NCBI GenBank assembly: GCA_046483305.1
Contig: JAWODM010000066.1
Location: 1-64,000 of the forward strand
Source of the DNA: Candidatus Krumholzibacteriales bacterium
GTDB taxonomy: Bacteria > Krumholzibacteriota > Krumholzibacteriia > Krumholzibacteriales > WJIX01
Direction of reading: 5' to 3'
Length of the DNA: 64,000 nt
Below are positions 38,946 through 49,327 of this stretch, in pieces. A program made the position numbers and the translations under genes. A model generated the notes under the pieces. It had not been told where the DNA came from. It did no database searches and was given only the letters and a program-made list of their open reading frames with translations. The stretch's first letter is position 1. Each line of letters starts with the position of its first letter.

Positions 38946-39383
38946 ATGATCAGAATTAACAGCAGACTCTCGATACCGAATAATGAGATATCCTTCAGGT
39001 TCTCCGGCGCCAGCAAGCCGGGGGGCCAGCACGTCAACCGGTCAAATACCAGAGCTACCCTGCTGTTTGACATCGAATCATCCGGGTCGCTGTCTTCCGG
39101 CCAGAAGAAAAGGATTGAGATAAAACTCGGGGACCGGATCAATAAAGAAGGGATCATGCAGGTTTCTTCCCAGGAGTACAGGTCCCAGAGAAGAAACAGA
39201 ATAGAAGCCATGAAGAAGTTTGCCGGGCTGCTCCGAAGGGCTCTGGAGCGTTCCCCCCGAAGGATACCCACCCGCAGGACCGGGAGCTCAGAAAAAAAGC
39301 GTCTGGAAAAGAAGAAACGGCGCGGCAGAAAGAAAAAGCTTCGAAAGAAAATAGATCCGGACACCGGAAGGGGCGGGCTGTAA
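38946..39383 (+). CDS. arfB: Alternative ribosome rescue peptidyl-tRNA hydrolase
   Basis: PGGQHVN, RSQRRNR, basic C-terminal tail. Confidence 0.92.
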   Translation: MIRINSRLSIPNNEISFRFSGASKPGGQHVNRSNTRATLLFDIESSGSLSSGQKKRIEIKLGDRINKEGIMQVSSQEYRSQRRNRIEAMKKFAGLLRRALERSPRRIPTRRTGSSEKKRLEKKKRRGRKKKLRKKIDPDTGRGGL

Positions 39384-39580
39384 GGAAAACAGCTCATAAT
39401 ATCCCTGAATAAAAATCCGCGCCGCCGTCCGTACAGCCGGGAATTATATTCACAATAACAGTTTTTAAATTACCACCTGTTCTAAAAACTCTGCTATAAT
39501 AAACAGCGTTCCATCAGGAAACAAACTTACATTCTCTGGTTCAATAATAAAGAGATCATCCTTTCGAAGGAGGAAGAGCA

Positions 39581-40918
39581 GTGAAAACAAAGAGATTATT
39601 TTACTGTTTTCTTGTTATAACTTTAGCCGTCAATATTTTCCCCGGATGTTCAGACGATTCGGCCGGGCCGGAAAAGGAGCATCCGCCCGGATCACCCCAC
39701 TCACCTGTTCCCGCCGACGGAGCTGCCGCCCGGGACACCTTTATTACTCTCAGCTGGCAGTGTTCCGACCCGGACGGAGACGACCTGGAATTCGAGGTAT
39801 ATATCCGGCCCGAAGGGGGGGCTGAAGAAAGCTTTCCGGTAGATGAAATGACCCTGGAGATGCAGGACCCGCTGGAACCGTACACCGACTATACCTGGAA
39901 AGTCACTGCCAGCGACGGCGGCAGGTCCACAACCGGGAGCGACTGGACATTTACCACCTGTGCAAGCATGGAGATGCCCCCGCAGGTTCCTGAAAATCCA
40001 TCACCCCCCGATCTCAGCTCCGGTCAGCCGGTCAATATCAGCCTCTCGTGGGACTGCATTGACCCGAACCTGAACGATACAATAACATACGATATTTATT
40101 TCGGACAGAACAACCCCCCGCCCCTGCTGTATTCGGATCTGCAGAACAGCGCCTGCAATCCCGGACAGCTGGAATACGCGACCACGTATTACTGGTACGT
40201 CTCAGCGGAAGATGAAGCACAAAACAGAACAGACAGCCCGGTCTGGAGCTTCAGCACCGGGAGCGAATCGCAGGGCGAAGGCATTTTCGCCCTGCTGGTA
40301 GCGGGCAGAAATATTTCATTCTTCGATCCAACCGTTTTCCGTATGGACGGCCTGTACGCGAGGTTCGACAGCTCCTACGCTCCCTGCTCCCCGGCCGACC
40401 CTCTCCATCCCGGAGCGGTAACCTGTAATGAATATACCCTGGAGTGGGATGATATCACCGGCATGTACAAATACGAACAACTTACCTATCCTACGGAGTT
40501 CCTTACCCCCGGAGAAACCTGCGCCTTCGATATTACAGGAAGCTCCACTGTTCCGCCCCTTTCGAAATCTGTCGTATTTCCGCTCTGCGAACCTTATGTC
40601 ACCAGCCCCGCATACGACTCCGGCGTCTCCAGGTCAGGATTTACAGCCACCTGGGAGGGATATTCCTGCGGAGGAGAGGTGCGGCTGGTTATTGTAGCCG
40701 CCAGCGGCGATACTACCGGGGTGGATGTAATGACCGAGAACGACGGGAGTTATACCTTTACCTCGCAGCAGTTGTCCTCGATCAGCGGGCCCCAGAGTAA
40801 CTGCGCCCTGATAATGATACTGCAGAATTCGGATATGATAACAGCTCCCGGGTACGATCCCAGAAGCTATATCTGGGGGCGGGTCATAAATACCACTGTC
40901 ATAAACTTTATTGATTAG
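39581..40918 (+). CDS. Lipoprotein with two FN3-like repeats
   Basis: Lipobox FPGC; repeated P.P.D...LSW.C.DP...Y.W.V.A.D...W.F. Confidence 0.8.
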   Translation: MKTKRLFYCFLVITLAVNIFPGCSDDSAGPEKEHPPGSPHSPVPADGAAARDTFITLSWQCSDPDGDDLEFEVYIRPEGGAEESFPVDEMTLEMQDPLEPYTDYTWKVTASDGGRSTTGSDWTFTTCASMEMPPQVPENPSPPDLSSGQPVNISLSWDCIDPNLNDTITYDIYFGQNNPPPLLYSDLQNSACNPGQLEYATTYYWYVSAEDEAQNRTDSPVWSFSTGSESQGEGIFALLVAGRNISFFDPTVFRMDGLYARFDSSYAPCSPADPLHPGAVTCNEYTLEWDDITGMYKYEQLTYPTEFLTPGETCAFDITGSSTVPPLSKSVVFPLCEPYVTSPAYDSGVSRSGFTATWEGYSCGGEVRLVIVAASGDTTGVDVMTENDGSYTFTSQQLSSISGPQSNCALIMILQNSDMITAPGYDPRSYIWGRVINTTVINFID

Positions 40919-40983
40919 CTGCCCTGGCTTAATTGACGCCGGATCATTATAAAGCGCCTGCCCGACTCCATTAAAACCGCCTG

Positions 40984-42261
40984 CTATCCGGTCTGCCTGC
41001 CCCTTACAAAGGCGGGAATCTCTTTTATGGTAGTACCCATTACCCTGAGCGCTTTCATCATATGCTTCATGCTCTGCCTGTTCAGCTCTGCCGGCTCGTC
41101 GCCGACATCATCCCACCCGGCCGCCTCCAGGTCATCAGCGGGTATCCGGAGGTCATCCCAGTTGTTGAACAGCCTGCCCCACTCGCTTCCCAGCACAGAG
41201 AGTACTCTCTTCTTGTGAACAGGGTACCAGAAGAAATCATGGTACAGGACGCTGGCGAGAAATGACCAGGGCGCCAGCACCGTCTTCAGGGACCATTCCA
41301 GCGGTTTCTTGAGCCAGCCCCAGTAGATTCTATGCTGCATCCGGCTGGCAAAGGTCATCTTCTTGAACGGTCCGACGAAATTCCAGTTCTTCTGAGCTTC
41401 TTCCAGGTCACCTACCATTTCAATTTCTTCGGGGCGGCCGGTCCCCAGCCCCGCCTCATGGGCGAGCCTGATATATTTAATATCCTCCATCGGGTCAAAC
41501 CCCATCAGTCTGGCGGCAACCGAATCTATGGCGACCTGGTCGCTGGAGGCCAGCAGCACATTCTTGATATGGGGCACCATGCACCTGGGGCCGGGCCCGT
41601 CGCCGGCGAAGGTTCCGTCCATAACCGCGAAAAGCCCCGGATGGATCTTCTTCTGAATCATCAGCAGATCGACCAGGGTCTCATGAATCACCGGGTGAGT
41701 CCAGTGCCGCTTTTCATTGAGAAGGCCCCCGAAGGCGTTTTTCATCGCTCCGGTGGTGGTGGTGAAAATATGCGTTTTTATAGTTGGCAGGTGAATAATA
41801 TTCTCGCCCATGAACCGCCTGGGTATCATGAACCCCTCCGGGTACACCTCGTTCAGGCACAGAAACTCATCTGCCAGGTCCCCGACAGCATCTCTGATAT
41901 CAATCCATTCTTCTCCTTCGTAGAGGTGAATATTCCGCAGCCCGTGGTGATCGGTAACATTGACCTGCTTATTTTCCCTCTCGCCCAGGTGGGCGTCTAT
42001 CACAACCGTCCTGTTGTGGCAGGCATGTATCAGTCCGGGATCGTAACCGTCCCTCTTCATGGTCCTTATAACCCCTTCCAGCTGCCAGGGAGTAGTGGAA
42101 CTTCCCGGATAAAAGAAGTGCCAGCTTATATTTATCTTAAGAGCTGTATCATTCTCCCCTGGAAGCGCCTGCTGATAGCCGGCCAGGTTCATCACCCGGT
42201 AATAATCGGCGAGAACTGTCTGAGGAGAAGTCTTGACTATAGCTACCTTTGAATTACCCAT
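40984..42261 (-). CDS. DUF362 domain protein
   Basis: LKINISW, TTPWQLEG, LPTIKTH, TGAMKN, DGPGP, DQVAID. Confidence 0.85.
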   Translation of the reverse strand: MGNSKVAIVKTSPQTVLADYYRVMNLAGYQQALPGENDTALKINISWHFFYPGSSTTPWQLEGVIRTMKRDGYDPGLIHACHNRTVVIDAHLGERENKQVNVTDHHGLRNIHLYEGEEWIDIRDAVGDLADEFLCLNEVYPEGFMIPRRFMGENIIHLPTIKTHIFTTTTGAMKNAFGGLLNEKRHWTHPVIHETLVDLLMIQKKIHPGLFAVMDGTFAGDGPGPRCMVPHIKNVLLASSDQVAIDSVAARLMGFDPMEDIKYIRLAHEAGLGTGRPEEIEMVGDLEEAQKNWNFVGPFKKMTFASRMQHRIYWGWLKKPLEWSLKTVLAPWSFLASVLYHDFFWYPVHKKRVLSVLGSEWGRLFNNWDDLRIPADDLEAAGWDDVGDEPAELNRQSMKHMMKALRVMGTTIKEIPAFVRGRQTG

Positions 42262-42389
42262 ATCAATCCTCTGTTAAGCTCCGGCAGGAAACCTCCCCGG
42301 CCGGGAAATGCCTCTGAATATAAAAATTGTCAAAGATTCCTTCCATGTAAAGGAATTAAACTCACCACACCCCCCCGTCAGCCTCGCGG

Positions 42390-43757
42390 TCATTCTACGT
42401 AAATCGTCTTTATATTAACAAACTCCCTTATTCCGAAATACGAAAGCTCCCTGCCGTATCCGCTGTCCCTTATTCCTCCGAAGGGCAGCCGGGGATCAGA
42501 CCTCACAAAAGCGTTAACGAAGCAGTTCCCGCTATCTATCTCCTCCAGAGCCAGCCTCTCCCCCCTTTCACGGTCTGAGGTAAAGACAGCCGCCCCCAGG
42601 CCGAACGAGGTATCATTGGCGATTCGGACCGCCTCCCGCTGATCCGCCGCCGCTATAATGGAAGCAACCGGCCCGAAGAGCTCATCCCGGTAAGCGGGCA
42701 TTCCCTCGCTGACACCGGTGAGCACTGTCGCCGGATAGTACGCTCCCTCTCCTCCCGGCACCCTGCCGCCCAGGACGCATCCGGCCCCCATGGCAATGCT
42801 GGATTCCACCCGGGCATGAAGCTCATCCCTGAGATCGGCCCTTGCCAGCGGGCCCATATCCACTCCCTCATCCAGAGGGTTGCCGATCTTTCTGCTTGCC
42901 ATTTCGTCCACGAATATTTCCAGAAAATCATTCAGCACCGGCTCAACCACCACAAACCGTTTCGCCGCTATGCAGCTCTGCCCGGAATTTATCAGCCTGC
43001 TGGCGGCGCATACCGGGGCCGCCATCTCCAGGTCCGCATCCTCCAGGATGACATATGGGTCGCTTCCTCCCAGTTCCATTACCGTTTTCTTAAGGGCCTT
43101 TCCCGCCGCGGCGGCAACCGCTCTTCCCGCCGGCACGGAGCCGGTCAGGGTTACCGCTCTTACCAGGGGATCGGAGATCATACCTTCTACTCTGCGGCTG
43201 CCCGCAAGAACGGTGGTGAAAAGTCCCCCGGGAAACCCGGCTTCCCTGAATATTTTCTCTATCTCCAGGGCGCAGCCGGGAACGTTGGAGGCGTGTTTGA
43301 GTACGCACGCATTGCCGGCTATCAGAGCGGGAGCGGCAAACCTGAAAACCTGCCAGAAGGGAAAATTCCAGGGCATCACGGCCAGGATAACCCCCAGAGG
43401 CCTGAAGGCGACATAACTCCTTCTTCCTTCAGTATCCACCTGCTCTGAAGCAAGAAAGGATTCCCCTTTCTCCGCGTAGTAATCACATACCAGGGCGCAT
43501 TTTTCTGCTTCCGATACACCCTCTCTCAACACCTTTCCCATCTCCAGCGCCATCAGTTCTCCGTAACTCTCAGCCCTCTCGCGCAGTATGCCGGCGGCTT
43601 TTTTCAGGAGTCCGGCTCTTCGGCCGAACCCGGTCCTTTTCCATTCCTGAAAGGCGTTATCCGCTTTCCTGACAGCCCTGCCGCATTGATCGGCGGTTGC
43701 CTCGCTGTATTTCCTTATAGACTGCCCGGTTGCGGGATTAATCGATTCGATACTCAC
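42390..43757 (-). CDS. Succinate-semialdehyde dehydrogenase (Sad/GabD1-like)
   Basis: MPWNFPFWQVFRF, LKHASN, ELGGSD, SGQSCIAAKR, PFGG..SGYGREL. Confidence 0.9.
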   Translation of the reverse strand: MSIESINPATGQSIRKYSEATADQCGRAVRKADNAFQEWKRTGFGRRAGLLKKAAGILRERAESYGELMALEMGKVLREGVSEAEKCALVCDYYAEKGESFLASEQVDTEGRRSYVAFRPLGVILAVMPWNFPFWQVFRFAAPALIAGNACVLKHASNVPGCALEIEKIFREAGFPGGLFTTVLAGSRRVEGMISDPLVRAVTLTGSVPAGRAVAAAAGKALKKTVMELGGSDPYVILEDADLEMAAPVCAASRLINSGQSCIAAKRFVVVEPVLNDFLEIFVDEMASRKIGNPLDEGVDMGPLARADLRDELHARVESSIAMGAGCVLGGRVPGGEGAYYPATVLTGVSEGMPAYRDELFGPVASIIAAADQREAVRIANDTSFGLGAAVFTSDRERGERLALEEIDSGNCFVNAFVRSDPRLPFGGIRDSGYGRELSYFGIREFVNIKTIYVE

Positions 43758-43836
43758 TCTGACACCTCCGGTATTTCCAAAAGTTCCGGAACCAATTATA
43801 CCAGACAGCGGGGCTCAGCACAAACAACGGCTGCCA

Positions 43837-44028
43837 GGAGTTTCCCCAAAAAATAAGCCAGAATGTCGGTAAGGTAATCTTTAACAACAACTTAGTTTTG
43901 ATAGCAACTGGAATTGGCCTTAAGCATTGATAGAAGCGGCTGAGTGATTAATCTTATATTAATCACTCAGCCGCAGACCAAACGAATAATTAAACTACCT
44001 GATAGATTATAAATATTGGGGAAACTCC
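43837..44028. mobile_element. MITE-like inverted-repeat element, copy 2
   Basis: Perfect 13-bp TIR GGAGTTTCCCCAA / TTGGGGAAACTCC; internal 17-bp palindrome at 43936-43974. Confidence 0.65.
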
Positions 44029-44267
44029 AAAACAGAACAGTTATATTCTTGACTGGCAAATTATAATTACGATAATAAATCAATGGATTCTGTCTGGCAT
44101 TAATTACGTAAGGGGCAAATTGAGCGAACAGAAAATAATAATAAGCGGGAAGACTTTACCGAAGTAATATCCCCGGCCGGAAGAGAGATAGAATTCTTCG
44201 ATCCCACCGCGGGGCTCAAGGAAGGTTACGAAATCTGGAAGAAAAAGAATAAAAAGAAAGATTCGAA

Positions 44268-46736
44268 ATGATAAATAAATATTTAATTATAGTAATTATC
44301 TCGGCAGTATTTCTGGCCCCCGCTGCGGCCCCAAGCAGGGATGCTCAGCAGCTGGAAAAGATAGGAACAGAATCCCTCTCCTTCGACAGAGCTGATTTCG
44401 GAAACACTGAACTCCCGCTCTGGTATAATCTCACTGGATTCGAAGTTCAAACTTTAAAGAGAGCTCAATCCGGTAATATAAACAACCCCGATCTTCTTCT
44501 GGCTCTCGCTCTGATCGCCTCAGGTGATGCCCGGACTGATTCAGAGTTTGATAATTACCGTAATACTATTCAGGATTTTATCAATAAAATCAGGCCGGGG
44601 ATCAACGCCGCTTCTTCGGTGCGGGAAAAGGGCAGGATACTTCACAGCAGGATGCATAGTGAATTTCTCTCCACCGGTAATGAATCGGACAGCCTGGGTA
44701 ACTACGACCTGCGGCAGAGCAGTTTCACGGGAGTGCTTGATTCGGGAAAGTACAACTGCATAAGCTCATCGATTCTGTATATCATACTTGCGCGTTATTT
44801 CAATCTTGATGTCGCGGGAGTCCGGCTTCCGACACATGTATTCGTTCATCTGGCCTCTCCTGACGGAGAAACTATCGAAATCGAAACTACCTCTCCGGCG
44901 GGATACGGCCTGACACACGACAGGGATTTTTATAAATCAGCCGCCGGGGAGTGGGCCGGAAGCCGGGGCCTCTCTAAACCTACCTTCGGCGAATACCAGA
45001 ACAGAATAATTGATCAGCCCTGCAACCTGATTCTTTACAATATGATCAACCAGCACACCGCGGAACTGCAGCCGGAGGACCGGCTGAGGCTGGTGGAGAT
45101 CAGGGGATATCTTGATTCCGAAAACCGGGAAGCGGTGCTGGACAGAATTAAGCTCTATCTGATGGAGTATAATTATCTCTCGGACGATAATGACTGCGGC
45201 AACGTCATCAGAATGCATGACGCGGTAAAGGCCGGCCTTTCAGGAACCGCCGCCGGATATCCAAATGACGCGGAAATAATCAATACACTTTCTTTCCTTG
45301 AAACCAATATCGCCTACTGCATGGCTGAAACCGGAGATATCGAAAGGTCCCTGACGCTAATAGACAGAGTGCTCGACAGGGTACATCCGGAGTCGACATA
45401 TGGGCCGGAGAGCTTTTCCAACGCCGCAACCGTTATCAATAATAATATCATATACCTTCTGGACAGCGGTAAGCGGGAGAAAGCCGGAAAAGTGCTGAAA
45501 AAATACAGCGGTTTGTTTGAAAGAGATAACCTGGACAGGAAAAGTGTGATCAGGTTCCGCGAAAACATGGCTAAATGGTCTTTTGCGGCAGGCAGGTGGT
45601 CTGAAGCAATTGAACATCTGAACAGGTGCCTCGGCCTTGCGGAGGCCATTGATAAAAATGCGGAAGATATCAGGAATAACCTTCTGTTCGCCTATTTCAA
45701 CTGGGGAGTCAGCGGCCTGAAGGACAAAGACTGGCAGGGGGCAATCAATAGATTCGAGAAGGCCCTGGAGTTCTCCGCCGAAGGCGAGGGGCGGGAGAAA
45801 ACCCTGAAGAACCTGTCCGTAGCATACTTCAACCATGGTTCCGGGGGCGGCTTCGAAAAGGGTGAAGAGTTTATCAGAAAATACGGGAAGGAATGTTCTC
45901 AATTCGACTGGTATGTTAATAACGCTATTTCATTTTATTCCAACTGGGCAAGCTCGCTGGCAAAGGAAGGAAAATGGCGGGAAGGTATAGAGAAACTGGA
46001 AGCCGCCATTGATCTTGCCGGCGATAACAGAGAAGAAAGATCGACCGGCATATCGAAAAAAATCTCAACCCTGTACCTGGATTGGGGTAATCACTACCTG
46101 GGCCGGAAGGAATATGAACAGGCAGCAGTAAATTTTCAAAAATCACTGGAGCTTGCAGGCACTGAAAATCAGAGAGCGGCCGCAGTAAAGAACCTCAGCC
46201 TGGCAAGGTTCAGCGAGGCGATTGAAAAGGAAGATTACCAGGCCGGCGAGCAGTTCATAAATCAATACGGGCCCGGTTTCAGGCAGTACGAAGGGTACAG
46301 GAAAAACGCAGGCTGGTTCTACAGCAGCTGGGCCAACCGCCTGCTGAAAGAGAAGAAACTGGCCGGGGGAATTGAAAAGCTTAAGAAGAGAATAAAATAC
46401 ATTGAAGAGAGCAATACCGCCGAAATAAACAAAACCAGAGGATATATCCGGGATACCTATATTAACTGGAGCTTTGACTACCTTGAGAAGGGTGAATGGC
46501 AAAACTCCCTGGGAAAACTCTCCGAAGCGATGGACCGGGCTGATTCGGAAGATGAAAAGAACGATGTGGCCAAATATATTTTCAACTGCTGCCACAAATG
46601 GGCGCTCTCACTCCTGGACCGGGGAGAAATCGAAAAAGCTCTCGATATCTACAGAAAATGCAGGGAAGAGTATCCGGCCTGCGAAGATAAATGCCTGATA
46701 GAAGAAAAGAGAGTGAAAAGAACTCTTGAACAGTAA
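44268..46736 (+). CDS. Secreted transglutaminase-like plus TPR-repeat protein
   Basis: Signal peptide; YNCISSS, PTHVF, IETT (putative C-H-E triad); long TPR-like C-terminus. Confidence 0.75.
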   Translation: MINKYLIIVIISAVFLAPAAAPSRDAQQLEKIGTESLSFDRADFGNTELPLWYNLTGFEVQTLKRAQSGNINNPDLLLALALIASGDARTDSEFDNYRNTIQDFINKIRPGINAASSVREKGRILHSRMHSEFLSTGNESDSLGNYDLRQSSFTGVLDSGKYNCISSSILYIILARYFNLDVAGVRLPTHVFVHLASPDGETIEIETTSPAGYGLTHDRDFYKSAAGEWAGSRGLSKPTFGEYQNRIIDQPCNLILYNMINQHTAELQPEDRLRLVEIRGYLDSENREAVLDRIKLYLMEYNYLSDDNDCGNVIRMHDAVKAGLSGTAAGYPNDAEIINTLSFLETNIAYCMAETGDIERSLTLIDRVLDRVHPESTYGPESFSNAATVINNNIIYLLDSGKREKAGKVLKKYSGLFERDNLDRKSVIRFRENMAKWSFAAGRWSEAIEHLNRCLGLAEAIDKNAEDIRNNLLFAYFNWGVSGLKDKDWQGAINRFEKALEFSAEGEGREKTLKNLSVAYFNHGSGGGFEKGEEFIRKYGKECSQFDWYVNNAISFYSNWASSLAKEGKWREGIEKLEAAIDLAGDNREERSTGISKKISTLYLDWGNHYLGRKEYEQAAVNFQKSLELAGTENQRAAAVKNLSLARFSEAIEKEDYQAGEQFINQYGPGFRQYEGYRKNAGWFYSSWANRLLKEKKLAGGIEKLKKRIKYIEESNTAEINKTRGYIRDTYINWSFDYLEKGEWQNSLGKLSEAMDRADSEDEKNDVAKYIFNCCHKWALSLLDRGEIEKALDIYRKCREEYPACEDKCLIEEKRVKRTLEQ

Positions 46737-46745
46737 GATCCTGAC

Positions 46746-47444
46746 TTAATTATTAATACTCCCCGATTTCTCCTTTTTCATGACTTCCGGACTGCCGCTC
46801 GGGCTTGATTTCTTAAAATCTATTGTATCATCTCCGGGGGCGAGAACCCTGCAGACATTATCAGCATTTTTATTGCTATTTTCAATCTCTTCCAGGGCAT
46901 TAGCAGAACTATATATGGTAATCCCGTATTCTTCGCAGGCGATAATATTACTGAATCTTCGGTAAATATCAGTATACCCCGGCGCTGTTAACAGCACATC
47001 CCAGCACCCGGGAGCGAGTTTCCAGGCCACCTGGCTTCCGGCAGGTATATAGTCGCTTGGGCTGCCCCAGTCAGGTTCATAACAGGCTGCGAGATAAAAA
47101 TCCAGCGCCTGGTATGTATTATTGGTTACAACGAACTGCCCGGCTTCGCAGTATAGAGAAAGGATGGTGGTTTCATCGTCCCTGATCCTCACCATATGGC
47201 TGAAATAGAAAACATAATCCCCCTCGCCGGTTACCAGGACCCTGGTTTCATCCGGGCCGAAGACGGCCTTATCCCCTATCTCTATCTCCCTTATAATCAT
47301 ATCTCCAGGATAGAGATTGTACCCCCGGCTATCTATCCTCACGAAAACATTACCATCGGTCCTGTTGTCCACACCTACTTCGCCCTTCTGGGTGCAGCCG
47401 GCGGAAATCAGAATAATCAATAAAAAAGCAAGTTTCCTGAACAT
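46746..47444 (-). CDS. Hypothetical lipoprotein
   Basis: MFRKLAFLLIILISAGC lipobox; GGGAG RBS. Confidence 0.7.
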   Translation of the reverse strand: MFRKLAFLLIILISAGCTQKGEVGVDNRTDGNVFVRIDSRGYNLYPGDMIIREIEIGDKAVFGPDETRVLVTGEGDYVFYFSHMVRIRDDETTILSLYCEAGQFVVTNNTYQALDFYLAACYEPDWGSPSDYIPAGSQVAWKLAPGCWDVLLTAPGYTDIYRRFSNIIACEEYGITIYSSANALEEIENSNKNADNVCRVLAPGDDTIDFKKSSPSGSPEVMKKEKSGSINN

Positions 47445-47490
47445 GCCATTCTCCCTTTTGTATCTATTACGTTTGTATAGAATCAATGTT

Positions 47491-48025
47491 TCATATTTTA
47501 CCATGCGCTAACGGGAATATGATATGAAAAAGGAAGTCAAATATTATGTGCGAGGCTTCAACTGTCTCAGCCATGGCCGCCGGATCACCCAGTATCGCCT
47601 CTCTTATGATATAGTTTTCCTCCGGGATCGCTTCGTTGGGAACCAGGGGCAGGCTGTCCACATATCCAGGGGCTGACCATTCCGGTGTGGACCAGTTCAG
47701 AGCGACCGTAACCTGGCCGGCCCCGGCGCCCCCAGGCACGATATCGAATTCGATATGAATAATCCTTGCCCGCTCGGGGTCGAACGGATTGTTAAGGATT
47801 ATCTCCGGCCGGTGAAAATAGAAAATCAAGCAGGCTCTCCGGAAGGTTATAAACCTCTGGAGAGCCTGCCCTGTTAAATTCCCCTCCGTACTGAAAGTGA
47901 ATCCCGATCCCCTCTACTACCATCGGAGATTCATAAGCGAGATCCGGACTATTACCGTCAACCCATCCCTCTCTAAAACCCCGATTACTCGGGTAACGTG
48001 TTCCTTGCTTTATTATATACTGCAT
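47491..48025 (-). pseudogene. Probable frameshifted gene remnant
   Basis: Two overlapping co-oriented ORFs (47792-48025, 47491-47829) in different frames with similar protein-like composition. Confidence 0.35.
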
Positions 48026-48265
48026 AATACATTCCTATTCGGGGCGGCATTAAAATTATTTTATAAGCGTTTGTTATATAATAAAATAAGCCGTTTATAC
48101 GAATCAGGGAAAATGCACTGTAATTTCACTATTTGTAACATATTGGTTACAGAAGACGGATGATCAATTCATACTCTGCTGTATATATCTGATAATAGCG
48201 AAACAAGAAAAAGCAGAAACAGTAACATAATTGTTACAAGAGACTGAAATGGATCAGTAACCCTG

Positions 48266-49246
48266 TTATTGCTGATGCCACCATTCCCTCAATCTGCCGA
48301 AGCGTTCGCTTAGTCTGGATATGAAAACAGTAGCCGGCGAAAGGTCCTCTGCCTGACTCTCGCCGGTGATAAGCCTGTCCGGAGAATAACAAGGGCATAC
48401 CCTGACTATACAGGGTTTGGGGGAATCATACAGCTCGAAACCGGTAAAGATATTTCCGAGAAGCCGGAAGTCACCGGCGCAGCGCACCACATCGCCGTTG
48501 CTCAGGACTCTTATCAGGTTCCGGCCGGCGCTGCAACTGAGCCCTGACCGGCTCCTGGGCCCTATACCTCGGTCTGATGTATCAGGCGAGAATGACCTGA
48601 TTATCTCCTTCTCCCCGGCAGTATATGCCGCGGGGTATTTGCGCCCCCTGAATACACCCTTGAACGGTTTAATAGTCAGGTTCACACCGCGCTCAATAAA
48701 GCGCTGATAATCACCCTTTACCCGGTCGAAAAGCGGCGGGTACATCACGTAATTAACATCCAGGCTGTAGCCGCTCTCTTTCAGTTTAAGGACATTATCC
48801 AGAAACCTGTCCAGCCCTCCGCCCACTCTTTCCCGTTCGAGTATATGAGTCGAAGCGAAGATATATTCAACCTTCTCCGGAGGCGCCTTCCGGATAAACC
48901 TGTTAATATCTCCGACCGCAAGATTGGTGTCCAGGGCTATCATGAACTCTTCGTGCTCGATAATCCGCGAGCAAATCTCCATGAAGCGGGGATAAACGAA
49001 TGGCTCTCCGCCGGTAAACCCGAAGGTAACCTGCATCCCGGTCTCCGAAAACCTGGCCAGGACATTATCAAGTTCGTCATAGAGGTCGAAACGGCTGGAG
49101 GGAGTTTTTTTCAGAAATTTCTTTATTTTATGAAGAACTCTCCTGAACCCCCTGGGGTTTACTATGGAGCAGTACTCACAAGAGAAATTACACTTCTCCG
49201 TTATAAACCAGTTAACGAAACATCTTTCAGGCAGGTTCCCGCTCAA
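48266..49246 (-). CDS. Radical SAM protein with Twitch-like Cys-rich C-terminus
   Basis: CNFSCEYC, TGGEP, CSAG...GDVVRC...PCIVRVCPC. Confidence 0.88.
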   Translation of the reverse strand: MSGNLPERCFVNWFITEKCNFSCEYCSIVNPRGFRRVLHKIKKFLKKTPSSRFDLYDELDNVLARFSETGMQVTFGFTGGEPFVYPRFMEICSRIIEHEEFMIALDTNLAVGDINRFIRKAPPEKVEYIFASTHILERERVGGGLDRFLDNVLKLKESGYSLDVNYVMYPPLFDRVKGDYQRFIERGVNLTIKPFKGVFRGRKYPAAYTAGEKEIIRSFSPDTSDRGIGPRSRSGLSCSAGRNLIRVLSNGDVVRCAGDFRLLGNIFTGFELYDSPKPCIVRVCPCYSPDRLITGESQAEDLSPATVFISRLSERFGRLREWWHQQ

Positions 49247-49273
49247 AATAGATCCGCTCCTGTTACCGCAGGC

Positions 49274-49315
49274 AAAAAAAAGGGCCGGAGAGGCCTCTCG
49301 GAGGGCCTCCCCGGC
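49274..49315 (-). terminator. Rho-independent terminator of the peptide transporter gene
   Basis: GCCGGGGAGGCC...GGCCTCTCCGGC followed by CC and a T run on the minus strand. Confidence 0.75.
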
Positions 49316-49327
49316 ATCATGCTCAAC

